This document shows positions 45,217 through 54,797 of a stretch of 64,000 nt of DNA, piece by piece. A program made the position numbers and the translations under genes. Within the stretch, counting starts at the first letter, position 1. Each line of letters starts with the position of its first letter. Source of the DNA: Nitrospirota bacterium (GTDB lineage: Bacteria; Nitrospirota; UBA9217); assembly GCA_963751455.1 (NCBI GenBank), contig CAVVUN010000012.1, positions 416,001 through 480,000 on the forward strand. Direction: 5' to 3'. The notes under the pieces are model-generated. The model saw only the letters and a program-made list of their open reading frames with translations. It ran no database searches and was not told the origin of the DNA.

Positions 45217-46341
45217 TTACTTGAACAGCTTTAAATATGCATCGAAAATGTATTGCTTTCCGCGTTTTCCGCCGGTTACTTCTTTCAGGATTCCGAACTT
45301 CTCCAGATCAACGATCAACTTGTACGCGGATGCTGGAGATATTCCCGCCACTTCCCCTACTTTTGCGGCATCGATCATCGGCCGTTGATACAGATAATGC
45401 ACGACCTTTTGAGCATTAGCTGTTCTGCTGCCAAGCGTCTGGACCCTGGTTTCCGCCTTTTTTTGCAGTTTGAGGATGTTATCGAACGTGGCGATGCTGT
45501 TCTTTGCGGTTTCTATTATCCCGACCAGGAAAAACTTGAACCACTGCAGTAAGTCGTTCTTCTCCCGCACTCGCATCAGGTTATCGTAATAGTGGGTGCG
45601 GTTACGCTCAAAGAAGTCCGATAAATACAGCACAGGCCGCTTCAATATTCCTCTGCCGACAAGGTAAAGGGTTATCAATAGTCTGCCCACCCTGCCGTTG
45701 CCGTCAAGAAACGGGTGAATGGTTTCAAATTGATAATGGACGAGAGCTATCTTCAGCAATTCCGGAAAATGCTTCGTGTCATCGTGCACAAACTTTTCGA
45801 GATCAGCGATCAGCTCGGCGACCGAAGTGTGCACCGGAGGCACAAAAACAGCGTCGTTGATCGTTGCTCCGCCGATCCAGTTTTGACTTTGCCTGAACTC
45901 CCCCGGCTGCTTGTGCTTGCCCCGCACTCCTTGCAGCAGGGTTTTGTGAGTATCCCGTATCAGGCGCGCGGAAAAGGGCAATTTCTTCAATTTTGCGATC
46001 GCTTCGTTCATGGCCTTCACATAATTTTGCACCTCTTCCCAGTCATCCCTTTTGTCGAGCGCAACATCTTCTTTTTCAAGCAGCGCCTCTTCTATGTTGG
46101 TCTGCGTACCTTCGATCTTGCTCGATTGAGTGGCCTCCTTCAGCACATGCATCCTGATGAAGAGATCGACATTAGGGATGTACTCGGAATACATATCCAG
46201 CCGGCCCAGTTCCCGGTCAGCCTGGCCAAGTAGCTGAATTAATTCCATACTGTCAAGAGCCCAGGCCTGGTTGATCGGGTTTGGCTGAAAGCTTTTGTAA
46301 TGGCCTTGCTGAACAAATCGGCCAGATTTGAAGTTCTTCAT
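45217..46341 (-). CDS. Fic family protein with C-terminal HTH
   Basis: EATQSSKIEGT (class III inhibitory motif) and HPFLDGNGRVGR. Confidence 0.93.
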   Translation of the reverse strand: MKNFKSGRFVQQGHYKSFQPNPINQAWALDSMELIQLLGQADRELGRLDMYSEYIPNVDLFIRMHVLKEATQSSKIEGTQTNIEEALLEKEDVALDKRDDWEEVQNYVKAMNEAIAKLKKLPFSARLIRDTHKTLLQGVRGKHKQPGEFRQSQNWIGGATINDAVFVPPVHTSVAELIADLEKFVHDDTKHFPELLKIALVHYQFETIHPFLDGNGRVGRLLITLYLVGRGILKRPVLYLSDFFERNRTHYYDNLMRVREKNDLLQWFKFFLVGIIETAKNSIATFDNILKLQKKAETRVQTLGSRTANAQKVVHYLYQRPMIDAAKVGEVAGISPASAYKLIVDLEKFGILKEVTGGKRGKQYIFDAYLKLFK

Positions 46342-46377
46342 TAACAGCCTCTTTTTACGTTAAAATAAGCATGCTTG

Positions 46378-46409
46378 TTATTTTAGATTTTACACCAAAT
46401 CTAAAATAA
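46378..46409. promoter_or_regulatory. Palindromic operator upstream of fic
   Basis: TTATTTTAGATTT-6nt-AAATCTAAAATAA. Confidence 0.6.
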
Positions 46410-46442
46410 GGCAACATATTATTTCAGTCCCTCAAACACCCG

Positions 46443-46533
46443 TCATATCAGCCTTATACTCCCTGTCAGGAGGCCTCATGCCCTGCTTCACGGCACGGGT
46501 CTTTTCACGCCGGATTTCAAGCGCCGCGATCTC
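46443..46533 (-). pseudogene. hsdS: Second hsdS 3' remnant
   Basis: Near copy of 43261-43357 (CATGCCCTGCTTCACGGCACGGGTCTT..TTCAAGCGCCG.GATCTCG). Confidence 0.7.
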
Positions 46534-46534
46534 G

Positions 46535-46662
46535 ACCGGCACCATTTAAAAAAGATCGGTTTTTCCCCCCATATCTTTTTTGCTTTGGTACCCCCTCACC
46601 CGGTCCCTCTCCCAAAGTGGGCGAGGGGCTGGTCCCTCGTGAAGCTAAGCGCGTGAGATCTG
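46535..46662 (+). repeat. Distal, internally deleted copy of the tRNA-linked repeat
   Basis: ACCGGCACCATTTAAAAAAGATCGG..CCCTCACCCGGTCCCTCTCCCAAAGTGGGCGAGGGGCT joined to GG.CCCTCGTGAAGC.AAGCGCGTGAG. Confidence 0.8.
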
Positions 46663-46670
46663 CTGACCCT

Positions 46671-47012
46671 TTAAGGATTTACAAAGCATGCTTTATCTTT
46701 ATCTTCTCCGTCATAAGCCCATTTTACAATTGTACGTGTCGCCGGATCTACTTCAAAAATATATCGACATGTTCCACGAAAATTTTTATGTTCGTATTTG
46801 TACGCGATGTTCCCATTAGGCAATGGCGCTACAGATTTCGGCTGATAGCGCCAAGTATATGAGGGTGCATTATCAATGCTTTCTCCAATTTCATTTTGCA
46901 TATGCCCTTTAAAATTTTCATATGGGTCTAAATGGGCGCAACTGGTCAGAGAAGTAGAAAACAAGAATAATAAAATTAATCTGCATTTGAAATATTTAAT
47001 AATGAGAATCAT
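46671..47012 (-). CDS. Small hypothetical lipoprotein
   Basis: Hydrophobic stretch plus lipobox LTSC; AT-rich. Confidence 0.6.
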   Translation of the reverse strand: MILIIKYFKCRLILLFLFSTSLTSCAHLDPYENFKGHMQNEIGESIDNAPSYTWRYQPKSVAPLPNGNIAYKYEHKNFRGTCRYIFEVDPATRTIVKWAYDGEDKDKACFVNP

Positions 47013-47165
47013 GTCATCTCGTAATCATCACGCATACCACAAAAATCGGTTTGCGCTCCGTGAGCCACCGAGCGAAGCGAGGACAACTCGACTGTTTGGC
47101 TAGTTTTCTGCTTTTGATGTTAGTATCTGAACATTGTATGAACGGGATCTGAAAACGAAGGATCT

Positions 47166-48326
47166 TTAACCGATCTGGCAGATACGGATGCGCATCCACA
47201 GAAAACGAAAGTAAAGCAGACTGCTGCCACCATTGGGCAAAACGCTTTTGTTGCCGAAACCTCCGAAATTCCATTCCTGGTCCAGCGGCTGTACATTCCC
47301 TTCGGAATCGGTTGCCCGCACACAAAGCACATAGGCGCCTGGAGCAGCATTCCAGAGAAAATGCCACCCTCTCCAGGCATACGGCGAGAGAGATTCTTCC
47401 AGTCGGGCATCCGACCATGTTAAGCCATTGTCCGCGCTCACCTCGACACGCGATACGCTTCGCCTGCCTGCCCATGCCTTGCCAATAAGTGTGACTGGAC
47501 CTGCCTGTACTAACCGCGTCCGGGTCAAAAAATCGGGAACTCCGGGAGGGACCATCAAAGCCCTCACCCGGATCAAGTTAACAGGCTCTCCGGCATCTTC
47601 CGCCTACTTCGCATACCGGTAAGAATGTGCAGCCTGGTATCCTTGGAACGGTTCCGCAACAACGTCTATTCGGTGTAACCATTTCACACTCGCCATGCCA
47701 TACCAGCCCGGTACGAGCAGGCGCAGGGGATATCCATGCTGCGGTTGAAGCGCCTCGCCATTCATCTCGTAAGCCAGCATCATCTCATTCCTCATCGCTT
47801 CCTGCAGATTTAAGCTGCGCTGGTAATATTGAAGTTCGCCGCCTTGCATTCCGCTGTCAACACCGGTAAAGATGACCTCTCGAGCATCCTTGCCCAAGCC
47901 TGCTTCTCCAAGGATTCGGCGGAGTGAAGTGCCTGTCCATTTCGCTGTCCCGATCGCCTCAACAAGCCAGGGCTGGCTTACGGGACGAGGCGCAAAAAGG
48001 GCACGACCGTTTCCGGCACATTCCATTGTTACCGTGAGAGTTTGAGCTGATCTATTCCGGATTTCCTCCAAGGTCAGGGTCAAAGGTTTTGCCACAAGTC
48101 CTTTGACTTCCAACCGCCAGTCGTTGCTGTTTATTTCCGGGATGTCAAAGTGGACAAGAAGGTAGTGCATGCCTGTGGGTGTAATCGGGTACCGCAGCGC
48201 CTCCAGCGGCATACCCCTGTTACGGAGGGCGAGTTGAACTTCTTCTTTATGGAAACGGTTGGTCTGATCGAGCCCTGTACCGTCACCTACAATCGGCAGC
48301 TCTTTTAACGTTTTCTTTCGTTCCAT
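47166..48326 (-). CDS. Sulfite oxidase family molybdopterin oxidoreductase (frameshift near 47600; native 3' end replaced)
   Basis: MECAGNGR, HGYPLRLLVPGWYGMASVKWL, dimerisation domain RATDSEGNVQP. Confidence 0.85.
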
Positions 48327-48403
48327 CCGTATGTTCCTTCGCAGCTGTAATGAGTGATGGAATCGAGATGGCTTGACCGGGGTTAGGAAAGAGCGCGTTG
48401 GGT

Positions 48404-48946
48404 CTACAGCATTTTTTGAATCTCATTCTTAAAAAACGCGAACGCCTCCTGATCGAAAATGCAGAATTCTATCAGTTCAAGGTGCTGCTGTTCGGGTCTG
48501 CCTTTGAGAAACGAACAGGTTTCATTGACCAGAATCTTTGCGCAGCGGTCCTTGGGAAACCCGAAAATACCCGCGCTGATCGCGGGCACTGATATGCTCT
48601 TAAGCCTTTCCTCAGCCGCTAAACTAAGTACGCTGTTTATCGCGCTCTTCAGCTTATTGTCCTCATCTCCCTCTCCCATCCTGGGGCCGACAGCGTGAAT
48701 GACGTACTGGGCCTTTAATTTTCCGCCAGTCGTTATTGCAGCTCCGCCCACGGGCACATAACCGATTTTATCGCTTTCGTCCTGGATGACAGTGCCGCCC
48801 TTTCTGACAATCGCTCCGGCTACGCCGCCCCCGTGCTGAAGCCGGCTGTTTGCGGCGTTCACAATGGCGTCCACGTCCCGCTCGGTCAGGTCAGCGGACA
48901 CGAGGCGTACAATCGTTTTACCGATTTTCTTTTCGACAACGTCCAC
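48404..48946 (-). CDS. Macro domain protein (O-acetyl-ADP-ribose deacetylase-like)
   Basis: GTG start after GGAGG; DAIVNAAN..HGGGVAGAI, VIHAVGP, PAISAGIFGFP. Confidence 0.93.
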   Translation of the reverse strand: MDVVEKKIGKTIVRLVSADLTERDVDAIVNAANSRLQHGGGVAGAIVRKGGTVIQDESDKIGYVPVGGAAITTGGKLKAQYVIHAVGPRMGEGDEDNKLKSAINSVLSLAAEERLKSISVPAISAGIFGFPKDRCAKILVNETCSFLKGRPEQQHLELIEFCIFDQEAFAFFKNEIQKML

Positions 48947-48960
48947 AAAACACCTCCGGT

Positions 48961-49108
48961 TTAACCACGGATGGACACAGATGGACACGGATGAGAATCA
49001 TTTTTTCCGTCATTGAGGCATGATGGGTGAATAGTTCGACAACTTTCCCTAAATTTACGGCTCAGGATCTCTCGCTTTATCCGTGTAATCCGTGACATCC
49101 GTGGCAAA
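48961..49108. repeat. CACGGAT-type periodic inverted repeat
   Basis: Left TTAACCACGGATGGACACAGATGGACACGGAT; right TATCCGTGTAATCCGTGACATCCGTGGCAAA. Confidence 0.8.
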
Positions 49109-49110
49109 GA

Positions 49111-50565
49111 TTATTTCCTGCTGCTGAAAATAGCCTTCTTTGCCGCCATTTCAACAACCGGCAGCGGGGGCACGGCTTTTATGCCGTAGATCTTCTCGAG
49201 ATTGATGTCAGCCGGAACTCCATGAAGAAGCTTCTGGGCTATTTTCTGGTCGGCCTGCCGGTACTGCAGGCGCGCTTCCACTGTTACCGTGCCCGTTTTT
49301 TTCGGCTGTGCAACGCCGAAGTACACATCCTTGTATCCGCGGGGCGGAATCGTCTCATGCCGGGAAAAGGAGGTTACGATCCAGGGATCGATTGCAAAAT
49401 GGAAATCATCCCCCATTCCGTCTGAATTGAAAAGACGCGTGTCCGGCAGCAGAGTGCCTGGCTTGTCCAGTCCCCCGCTCGTCATGACCACTGCACCCGA
49501 GGCGTCTTTGGCAGTCACTTCGAGCCACATCTCACGAACATTGGTCAGCGATGTCGGAAGATTATGTCCGGCCCGGACATTTTTTACCCTCACTTTGATT
49601 TCGGAAAGCACACCGTTCCTATAGACCGGAAATATCTCAAGTTCAGCGGCAGCCTTCAGGCGTGCGACAGCCATTTCGTATTTTTTATGAACGCTCGCAG
49701 CGAGTGCTTCATCCCCTGTCTTTCGCGCCGCGGCTTCGGCCAGATACAGCAGAAGGTAATTGGCACCGCTGAAAAAGTGACGGTATTCGGTGCGTTCAGG
49801 TTTTTTAAAGTTCGTGGACGAGCGCATAAAGGTTTCAATATCCACCATGTGACAGTCCTGGCACAGTATTCCTTTTTGCGCGTAGGGACCGTGCTTCCAT
49901 TCCAGATATGTGGCCTCGATCGGAAAGTGATTGTCGTAATGGTAGACCTGATGGCAGGAGGCGCAAAGATCCGCCCGGAGATGAAGGGGAGATTCGACGC
50001 ATTCATGGAAGCCCCCTCCGCAGCCTTCCGACGGCTTACTGGGACCGCGCTTGACCAGTTTTACGCCTTCCTTTGTAGCGATGCCGGGCGTAAGAATAAA
50101 CGACCCGTTTTCTGGTTCATGGGTCGGCGTCTCCCAGTGGGTTACACCGCTGATGGAGTGGCAGATATCGCACGAAACACCTGCGAGGGCCATGTCTCCC
50201 AGCCCTGTAATACCGGGGCCTTTGATTTCGCCCGTCACCATACCCGCAGGCGAATGGCAGCCTTCGCATTGCCGTGTCACCTCATGGCCGACGGCCTCGA
50301 AGCCTCTGTTCAGCTCTCCCTGGTAAACCGGGTCTTGAAATGCAAGCGCGTGAACAGAGCCTCTCCACTCTTCATACTGCTGCGGGTGGCACCCGGCGCA
50401 AACCTCGGGTGGATTGAACTTAGCGTCCGATTTGTTCCATTTTATCAGAGACGGATAGTACGGATAGAACTCGCGATCAACATCAAAATAGGGTGCAGCA
50501 GCGTAACCGGGTATGGAAAACACGGCGAACAGAACCGAAATACACAGCACTATACTTAATTTCAT
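49111..50565 (-). CDS. Periplasmic pentaheme c-type cytochrome (cytochrome c554-like N-terminal domain)
   Basis: Signal peptide; CAGCH, CEGCH, CDICH, CASCH, CQDCH; AGHNLPT. Confidence 0.85.
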   Translation of the reverse strand: MKLSIVLCISVLFAVFSIPGYAAAPYFDVDREFYPYYPSLIKWNKSDAKFNPPEVCAGCHPQQYEEWRGSVHALAFQDPVYQGELNRGFEAVGHEVTRQCEGCHSPAGMVTGEIKGPGITGLGDMALAGVSCDICHSISGVTHWETPTHEPENGSFILTPGIATKEGVKLVKRGPSKPSEGCGGGFHECVESPLHLRADLCASCHQVYHYDNHFPIEATYLEWKHGPYAQKGILCQDCHMVDIETFMRSSTNFKKPERTEYRHFFSGANYLLLYLAEAAARKTGDEALAASVHKKYEMAVARLKAAAELEIFPVYRNGVLSEIKVRVKNVRAGHNLPTSLTNVREMWLEVTAKDASGAVVMTSGGLDKPGTLLPDTRLFNSDGMGDDFHFAIDPWIVTSFSRHETIPPRGYKDVYFGVAQPKKTGTVTVEARLQYRQADQKIAQKLLHGVPADINLEKIYGIKAVPPLPVVEMAAKKAIFSSRK

Positions 50566-50730
50566 GATGACGCCTCCTTTGGTGCCTCTTATTTCGAGGT
50601 CTATCCGTTCCTTCTGTTTAATTACGTATGGTAAAATTATAGCAAGATTATCAGGTAAAGCAATCCGGAGCGCCTCAAGATCTGGATTTTATTGAGAAGA
50701 ACCACAACTTGTGGTATACTCAGTTTCACT

Positions 50731-51477
50731 ATGGAAAAAGACGATCGTACCTCACTGATTCCCTCGGTGGAGAAAAAAATCACGCCGATGCTTGACGACC
50801 TTCTCCGTGAGCATAAATCGAACATTCATTCAATCCATATCGTGGGAAGCGCGGTGATCCCGGACTATAACGAGAAGCTGTCGGACATCAACTCGGTAAT
50901 CGTTCTGAACGATATGGACCTGAAGTTCATCGAGTTTCTCGCTCCCCTCGGCAGGAAGTACGGCAAAAAAGGAATTGCAGCGCCGCTTGTCATGACACCC
51001 GAGTACATCAAAAACTCGCTCGATGCCTTTCCGATCGAATTCCACGATTTTAAATTGATCCATAAGACCGTGTACGGCCCGGATATATTGCAGCAGATTG
51101 AGGTAGACAGGTCGTATTTAAGGCTTCAATGCGAGCGGGAGATCAAAAGCAGACTGATAGGACTGCGTCAGGGATACGTCTCATCCCTTGGAAAGAAGAA
51201 GGATCTGAAGGCGGTCCTTACCCGGTCATTTACCGGTTCAATGGCGCTCTTCAGGGCTATCATCGCCCTGCTGGGTAAGGTTCCTCCAGTATCCCGTGCG
51301 GAAGTCATTTCCGTTTTCACGTCCTCCACCTCAGTCCAGACCGGACCGTTTGATAAAATGCTGCAGCTCAAGGCGGGACGAATTAAACCTTCCGAACAGG
51401 AACTTCAGAGCCTGTTTGAAGACTATTATGCTACATTCGAGGCTACAGGAAAGATCATCGATGTACTCCCATCCTAA
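50731..51477 (+). CDS. Nucleotidyltransferase-fold protein
   Basis: IVGSAV..SDINSVIVL (GS..DxN motif); DAFPIEF; LRLQCERE. Confidence 0.7.
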   Translation: MEKDDRTSLIPSVEKKITPMLDDLLREHKSNIHSIHIVGSAVIPDYNEKLSDINSVIVLNDMDLKFIEFLAPLGRKYGKKGIAAPLVMTPEYIKNSLDAFPIEFHDFKLIHKTVYGPDILQQIEVDRSYLRLQCEREIKSRLIGLRQGYVSSLGKKKDLKAVLTRSFTGSMALFRAIIALLGKVPPVSRAEVISVFTSSTSVQTGPFDKMLQLKAGRIKPSEQELQSLFEDYYATFEATGKIIDVLPS

Positions 51478-52249
51478 AAAACTCATAATACTTCCGATTG
51501 TTCTTGTACTTTTTTTTGCCGCCTTTGCCTCTGCTTCAACGCCGGAGGCGCCTGCCGTTCCGCGCGAATATGTCGTCGACCTTGCCGGCGTTATCGGGCA
51601 GGATGTTCAACAGCGTTTGAATGCAGTGTTGCAGGAGCTGGAACAGAAAACGACCGCACAGGTCCTCGTCCTGACCGTTGATACGCTGGACGGGGAAAAC
51701 ATCAGGGATTTCGGCCTTAAAACAGCTGAAAAATGGAGACTCGGACAAAAGGGCAAGGACAACGGCGCATTGCTCGTTGTTGCCTTGAAGGACAGAGAAT
51801 ATACTCTTGAAACCGGATACGGCTTGGAAGGCATTCTTCCCGACAGTATGGTCGGCTCCCTCGGACGTCAGTACCTCGTGCCCTACTTCAGAAAGGGAGA
51901 CTACGGTACTGGAATTTATGCGGCAACCGTGGCGGTTGTGAATACGATCGCTTCGTATGAAGGCGTCCAGATCACGGGGCTGCCCGGGATGAGGGAAGTC
52001 AGCGGAGGCGGCAACGTCAGGAAGCTGGGCGGGTTCGAGAAGTTGATATTCGGAATTTTTATCTTCATCGCGCTCGTTCTGTTCATAACGCATCCGCGCC
52101 AGTGTTTTCTGATACTATTGGCCACTTCGATGGGAGGAAGAGGCGGCGGCTGGTCCGGCGGAGGAAGCGGCGGCTTCGGCAGGGGCGGCGGCTTCGGAGG
52201 CGGTGGAGGAGGAGGCTTCGGAGGCGGAGGAGCGTCCGGGAGATGGTAA
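51461..52249 (+). CDS. TPM-domain membrane protein with Gly-rich tail
   Basis: VVDLAGVI, GQKGKDNGALL, ETGYGLEGILPD, GGGGASGRW. Confidence 0.9.
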   Translation: MYSHPKKLIILPIVLVLFFAAFASASTPEAPAVPREYVVDLAGVIGQDVQQRLNAVLQELEQKTTAQVLVLTVDTLDGENIRDFGLKTAEKWRLGQKGKDNGALLVVALKDREYTLETGYGLEGILPDSMVGSLGRQYLVPYFRKGDYGTGIYAATVAVVNTIASYEGVQITGLPGMREVSGGGNVRKLGGFEKLIFGIFIFIALVLFITHPRQCFLILLATSMGGRGGGWSGGGSGGFGRGGGFGGGGGGGFGGGGASGRW

Positions 52250-52267
52250 AGCCCTGCAAATTCGAAA

Positions 52268-52382
52268 TAGCCACAAAAATGCGCAAGAGACACAGAAGTT
52301 AAAAGCTTTTCTTTGTGCTTTTTGCCTGCACCCGCCGTTTATGAGTCGCACGCGAATGCAGGGTGTGCATCTTTGCGGCCAA
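52268..52382. repeat. Periodic inverted repeat (CACAAAA type) with a 41-nt insert in the right arm
   Basis: Left TAGCCACAAAAATGCGCAAGAGACACAGAAG; right CTTTGTGCTTTTT/GTGCATCTTTGCGGCCAA split by 52324-52364. Confidence 0.7.
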
Positions 52383-52456
52383 CATGATTTAAATTTTTGT
52401 TAGCCTCGTGAACGGATTGGTCACCCGGTTTGAATACTATATAATGGAGGATATTC

Positions 52457-53035
52457 ATGAACAGCGGAGTAAAAACAATTCTTATTTTCCTTGGAGTGAT
52501 TGCGGCAATAGCATTGATTACGATCTTCTGGGGCGTCGGTCAATACAACAGGGTCATAGCCATGGACGAGCAGGTGAAATCTCAGTGGGCCCAGGTCGAG
52601 AACCAGCTCAAACGGCGCTATGATCTAATCCCGAACCTGGTTAATACGGTGAAAGGGTATGCAAAACACGAGCGGGAGCTTTTTACAACCATAGCGGAGG
52701 CGCGGACAAAGTACTTCCAGGCGGGCACCGTGAGGGACAAAATACAATCATCCCAGCAGCTCGAGGGCGTGCTCTCACGGCTTCTTCTCCTGCAGGAAGC
52801 CTATCCGCAGCTCAAAGCGAATGAAGGCTTTTTGAAGCTCCAGGACAGTCTAGAAGGAACCGAGAACAGGATCGCGGTGGAGCGCAGACGGTACAACGAT
52901 GACGTACGAACCCTTAATACATACCGCAGGTCGTTTATGGGAAGATTTGTGGCCGGCATCGCGGGAGTAGGCGAGGCCGTATATTATCAGGTTCCGGAGG
53001 GTCAGAAAGAAGCGCCGAGCGTGAAGTTCGACTGA
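52457..53035 (+). CDS. lemA: LemA family protein
   Basis: QWAQVENQLKRRYDLIPNLVNTVKGYA, YPQLKAN, TENRIAVERRRYN. Confidence 0.95.
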   Translation: MNSGVKTILIFLGVIAAIALITIFWGVGQYNRVIAMDEQVKSQWAQVENQLKRRYDLIPNLVNTVKGYAKHERELFTTIAEARTKYFQAGTVRDKIQSSQQLEGVLSRLLLLQEAYPQLKANEGFLKLQDSLEGTENRIAVERRRYNDDVRTLNTYRRSFMGRFVAGIAGVGEAVYYQVPEGQKEAPSVKFD

Positions 53036-53040
53036 GCAGT

Positions 53041-53826
53041 ATGGATAATGCGGAACTCCAACATATTCAATATGTCAATCTCACTCACCAATCCCCTGAA
53101 TTTGACGCGGCTTATGATGTCATCAGCCTTGACATCGATCCGGAATTCGTCGAGCCCAAGCTGTATATTCGGGAGCGCTTCCGGATTCAGGAGGAAGGTG
53201 CGAAGACCGATGACGAGCGGCGCATGGTTCCTGAAGGCTATCGAATTCGGGCGATAGCCGCTAAGGATAAGCGGACGAACAAGGTTGTGGGAGCGATTTT
53301 AAGTGATTTTGTTCCTAAAATCGGCAAAGAGAATCGAGGCTTCGCTCTAATCGGCTACGTATCGGTCCTTCCGGACTTTCGTCGGAGAGAAATCGGGACG
53401 CAACTCATCGAGGAGATCACTAAACGGACCCACGATGACGCATTAAAGATATCCGGAAAACTGGCAGTCGGCTTGTTGTTCGAGATCGAAGACGAAGGCA
53501 AAGAACCGATCGAGCGGCTGGTTCGAAAAATGGGCGGGTATCCTCTGGACATCGATTACTATCAACCCTCAGTGCGTGCAGGTTATGATGAACAGCAGAT
53601 GAATTTATGGCTCTTTCCATTCGATCAGCCTATTCGGTCTCCTGAAGAAGCCAAAAAGAAAACCTATCCCACCGAATATATCCATGATATGGTAAAGAGC
53701 CTTTTTATTTATGAATATCCCGGCCAGGACAGGTCGGGTTTCAAGGAGACAAGCAAGGCTTATCAGGCGTTGATCCAGTCGCTCCGAGGCAGAACGGTGG
53801 TCGGCTTTAAACCGGGCAAAATTTGA
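53041..53826 (+). CDS. GNAT family N-acetyltransferase
   Basis: YVSVLPDFRRREIGTQL acetyl-CoA motif. Confidence 0.75.
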   Translation: MDNAELQHIQYVNLTHQSPEFDAAYDVISLDIDPEFVEPKLYIRERFRIQEEGAKTDDERRMVPEGYRIRAIAAKDKRTNKVVGAILSDFVPKIGKENRGFALIGYVSVLPDFRRREIGTQLIEEITKRTHDDALKISGKLAVGLLFEIEDEGKEPIERLVRKMGGYPLDIDYYQPSVRAGYDEQQMNLWLFPFDQPIRSPEEAKKKTYPTEYIHDMVKSLFIYEYPGQDRSGFKETSKAYQALIQSLRGRTVVGFKPGKI

Positions 53827-53844
53827 TAGTGCTATCTGACTGTT

Positions 53845-54120
53845 ATGGAGGCGTGGGTGAACACTGCGGTCATACTCCAGGAAGTTAAAATCAAGGATGT
53901 CCGTATCACGGAAAATGCGATCACGGCAATCCTGGCTGATGGAAGAACGATCAGCGTGCCGCTCGCGTGGTCATGGCGCCTGTCGGAAGCCACGCCGGAG
54001 CAGCGTGCGCGTTATAAAATCATCGGCGATGGACAAGGCATTCACTGGCCGGACATTGATGAAGACATCAGTGCCGAAGGTATGCTCTATGGGATTCCGG
54101 CGAGAAAACCGGGGAAATGA
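53845..54120 (+). CDS. DUF2442 family protein (putative antitoxin, usual partner absent)
   Basis: LADGRTISVPLAW..L..AT..GIHWPDIDEDIS. Confidence 0.88.
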   Translation: MEAWVNTAVILQEVKIKDVRITENAITAILADGRTISVPLAWSWRLSEATPEQRARYKIIGDGQGIHWPDIDEDISAEGMLYGIPARKPGK

Positions 54121-54135
54121 GAGCCTAAAAAGTTG

Positions 54136-54759
54136 TCACATCGGAACCAAATCCTTTTCTAATATCATAAAACGGTTAACCGGCCGGGGAAACAATCTAC
54201 GCGATTTTTTTCGAAAAGTCGTTGTGAATCCAAATCTCAGATACAAATTATACTGATCCGAAACCGCCCTTCGAACCGCCTCGGGAACTACGGCTGACCG
54301 TCTTACATGCCATTCAAGCTCTTTGTTTTTCGTTGCGATAATTTTATACCCGCTTCTTCGATAAAACGCCCTGCCACCTCTATACGGAATAAAGGTGGAA
54401 GTAAGAATGCGCATTTGTTGCTTACCCATGAGGAGGGCTTGCTCTTCTGTAAATTCAAGAAGTTGTTTGCCCAATCCCTTTCCTCGATAAGCCTTGTCGA
54501 GAATAAAGAAGCCAAGATAACAATTCCTCGGGTCCTCGCCTTCGATATCACAAAGCCCCGTAACGCCGATGACCTTGCCCTTATCATTCACCATTACCCA
54601 ATAGCGAGAAGAGGAGAGCTTTCTCTCCAGCATGTACCGGGCATCGTTCGCGATCTCCTTGCCCGGATCGCGGAATTCCCAGATAAAAGCTCTGTTCGCA
54701 AACTGAATAACCTTCTTACGATTGTCTGAGGTGACTTCCTCAATTCGATACTGATTCAT
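54136..54759 (-). CDS. GNAT family N-acetyltransferase
   Basis: LDKAYRGKGLGKQLL..FYRRSGY. Confidence 0.8.
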   Translation of the reverse strand: MNQYRIEEVTSDNRKKVIQFANRAFIWEFRDPGKEIANDARYMLERKLSSSRYWVMVNDKGKVIGVTGLCDIEGEDPRNCYLGFFILDKAYRGKGLGKQLLEFTEEQALLMGKQQMRILTSTFIPYRGGRAFYRRSGYKIIATKNKELEWHVRRSAVVPEAVRRAVSDQYNLYLRFGFTTTFRKKSRRLFPRPVNRFMILEKDLVPM

Positions 54760-54797
54760 TTATGCCTGCATATAGAGAAGCGGTCAACGTAGGCGGT

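Larger units (their letters stand above)
41768..46545. mobile_element. Degenerate tRNA-Leu-targeted genomic island (no integrase visible)
   Basis: Bounded by tRNA 3'-end copies (41751-41767; ACCGGCACCA plus terminator at ~46535); GTGTAACC direct repeats at 41823 and 41835 resemble integrase arm sites; cargo of R-M/TA remnants. Confidence 0.6.

Noticed and set aside
47045-47105. Integron attC site (GAGCGAAGCGAGG..CTCGACTGTTTGGCTAG)
   Set aside because: Resembles half an attC but lacks paired RYYYAAC/GTTRRRY ends. No intI in the window, and other candidates (54790, 55720, 57215) are also incomplete.
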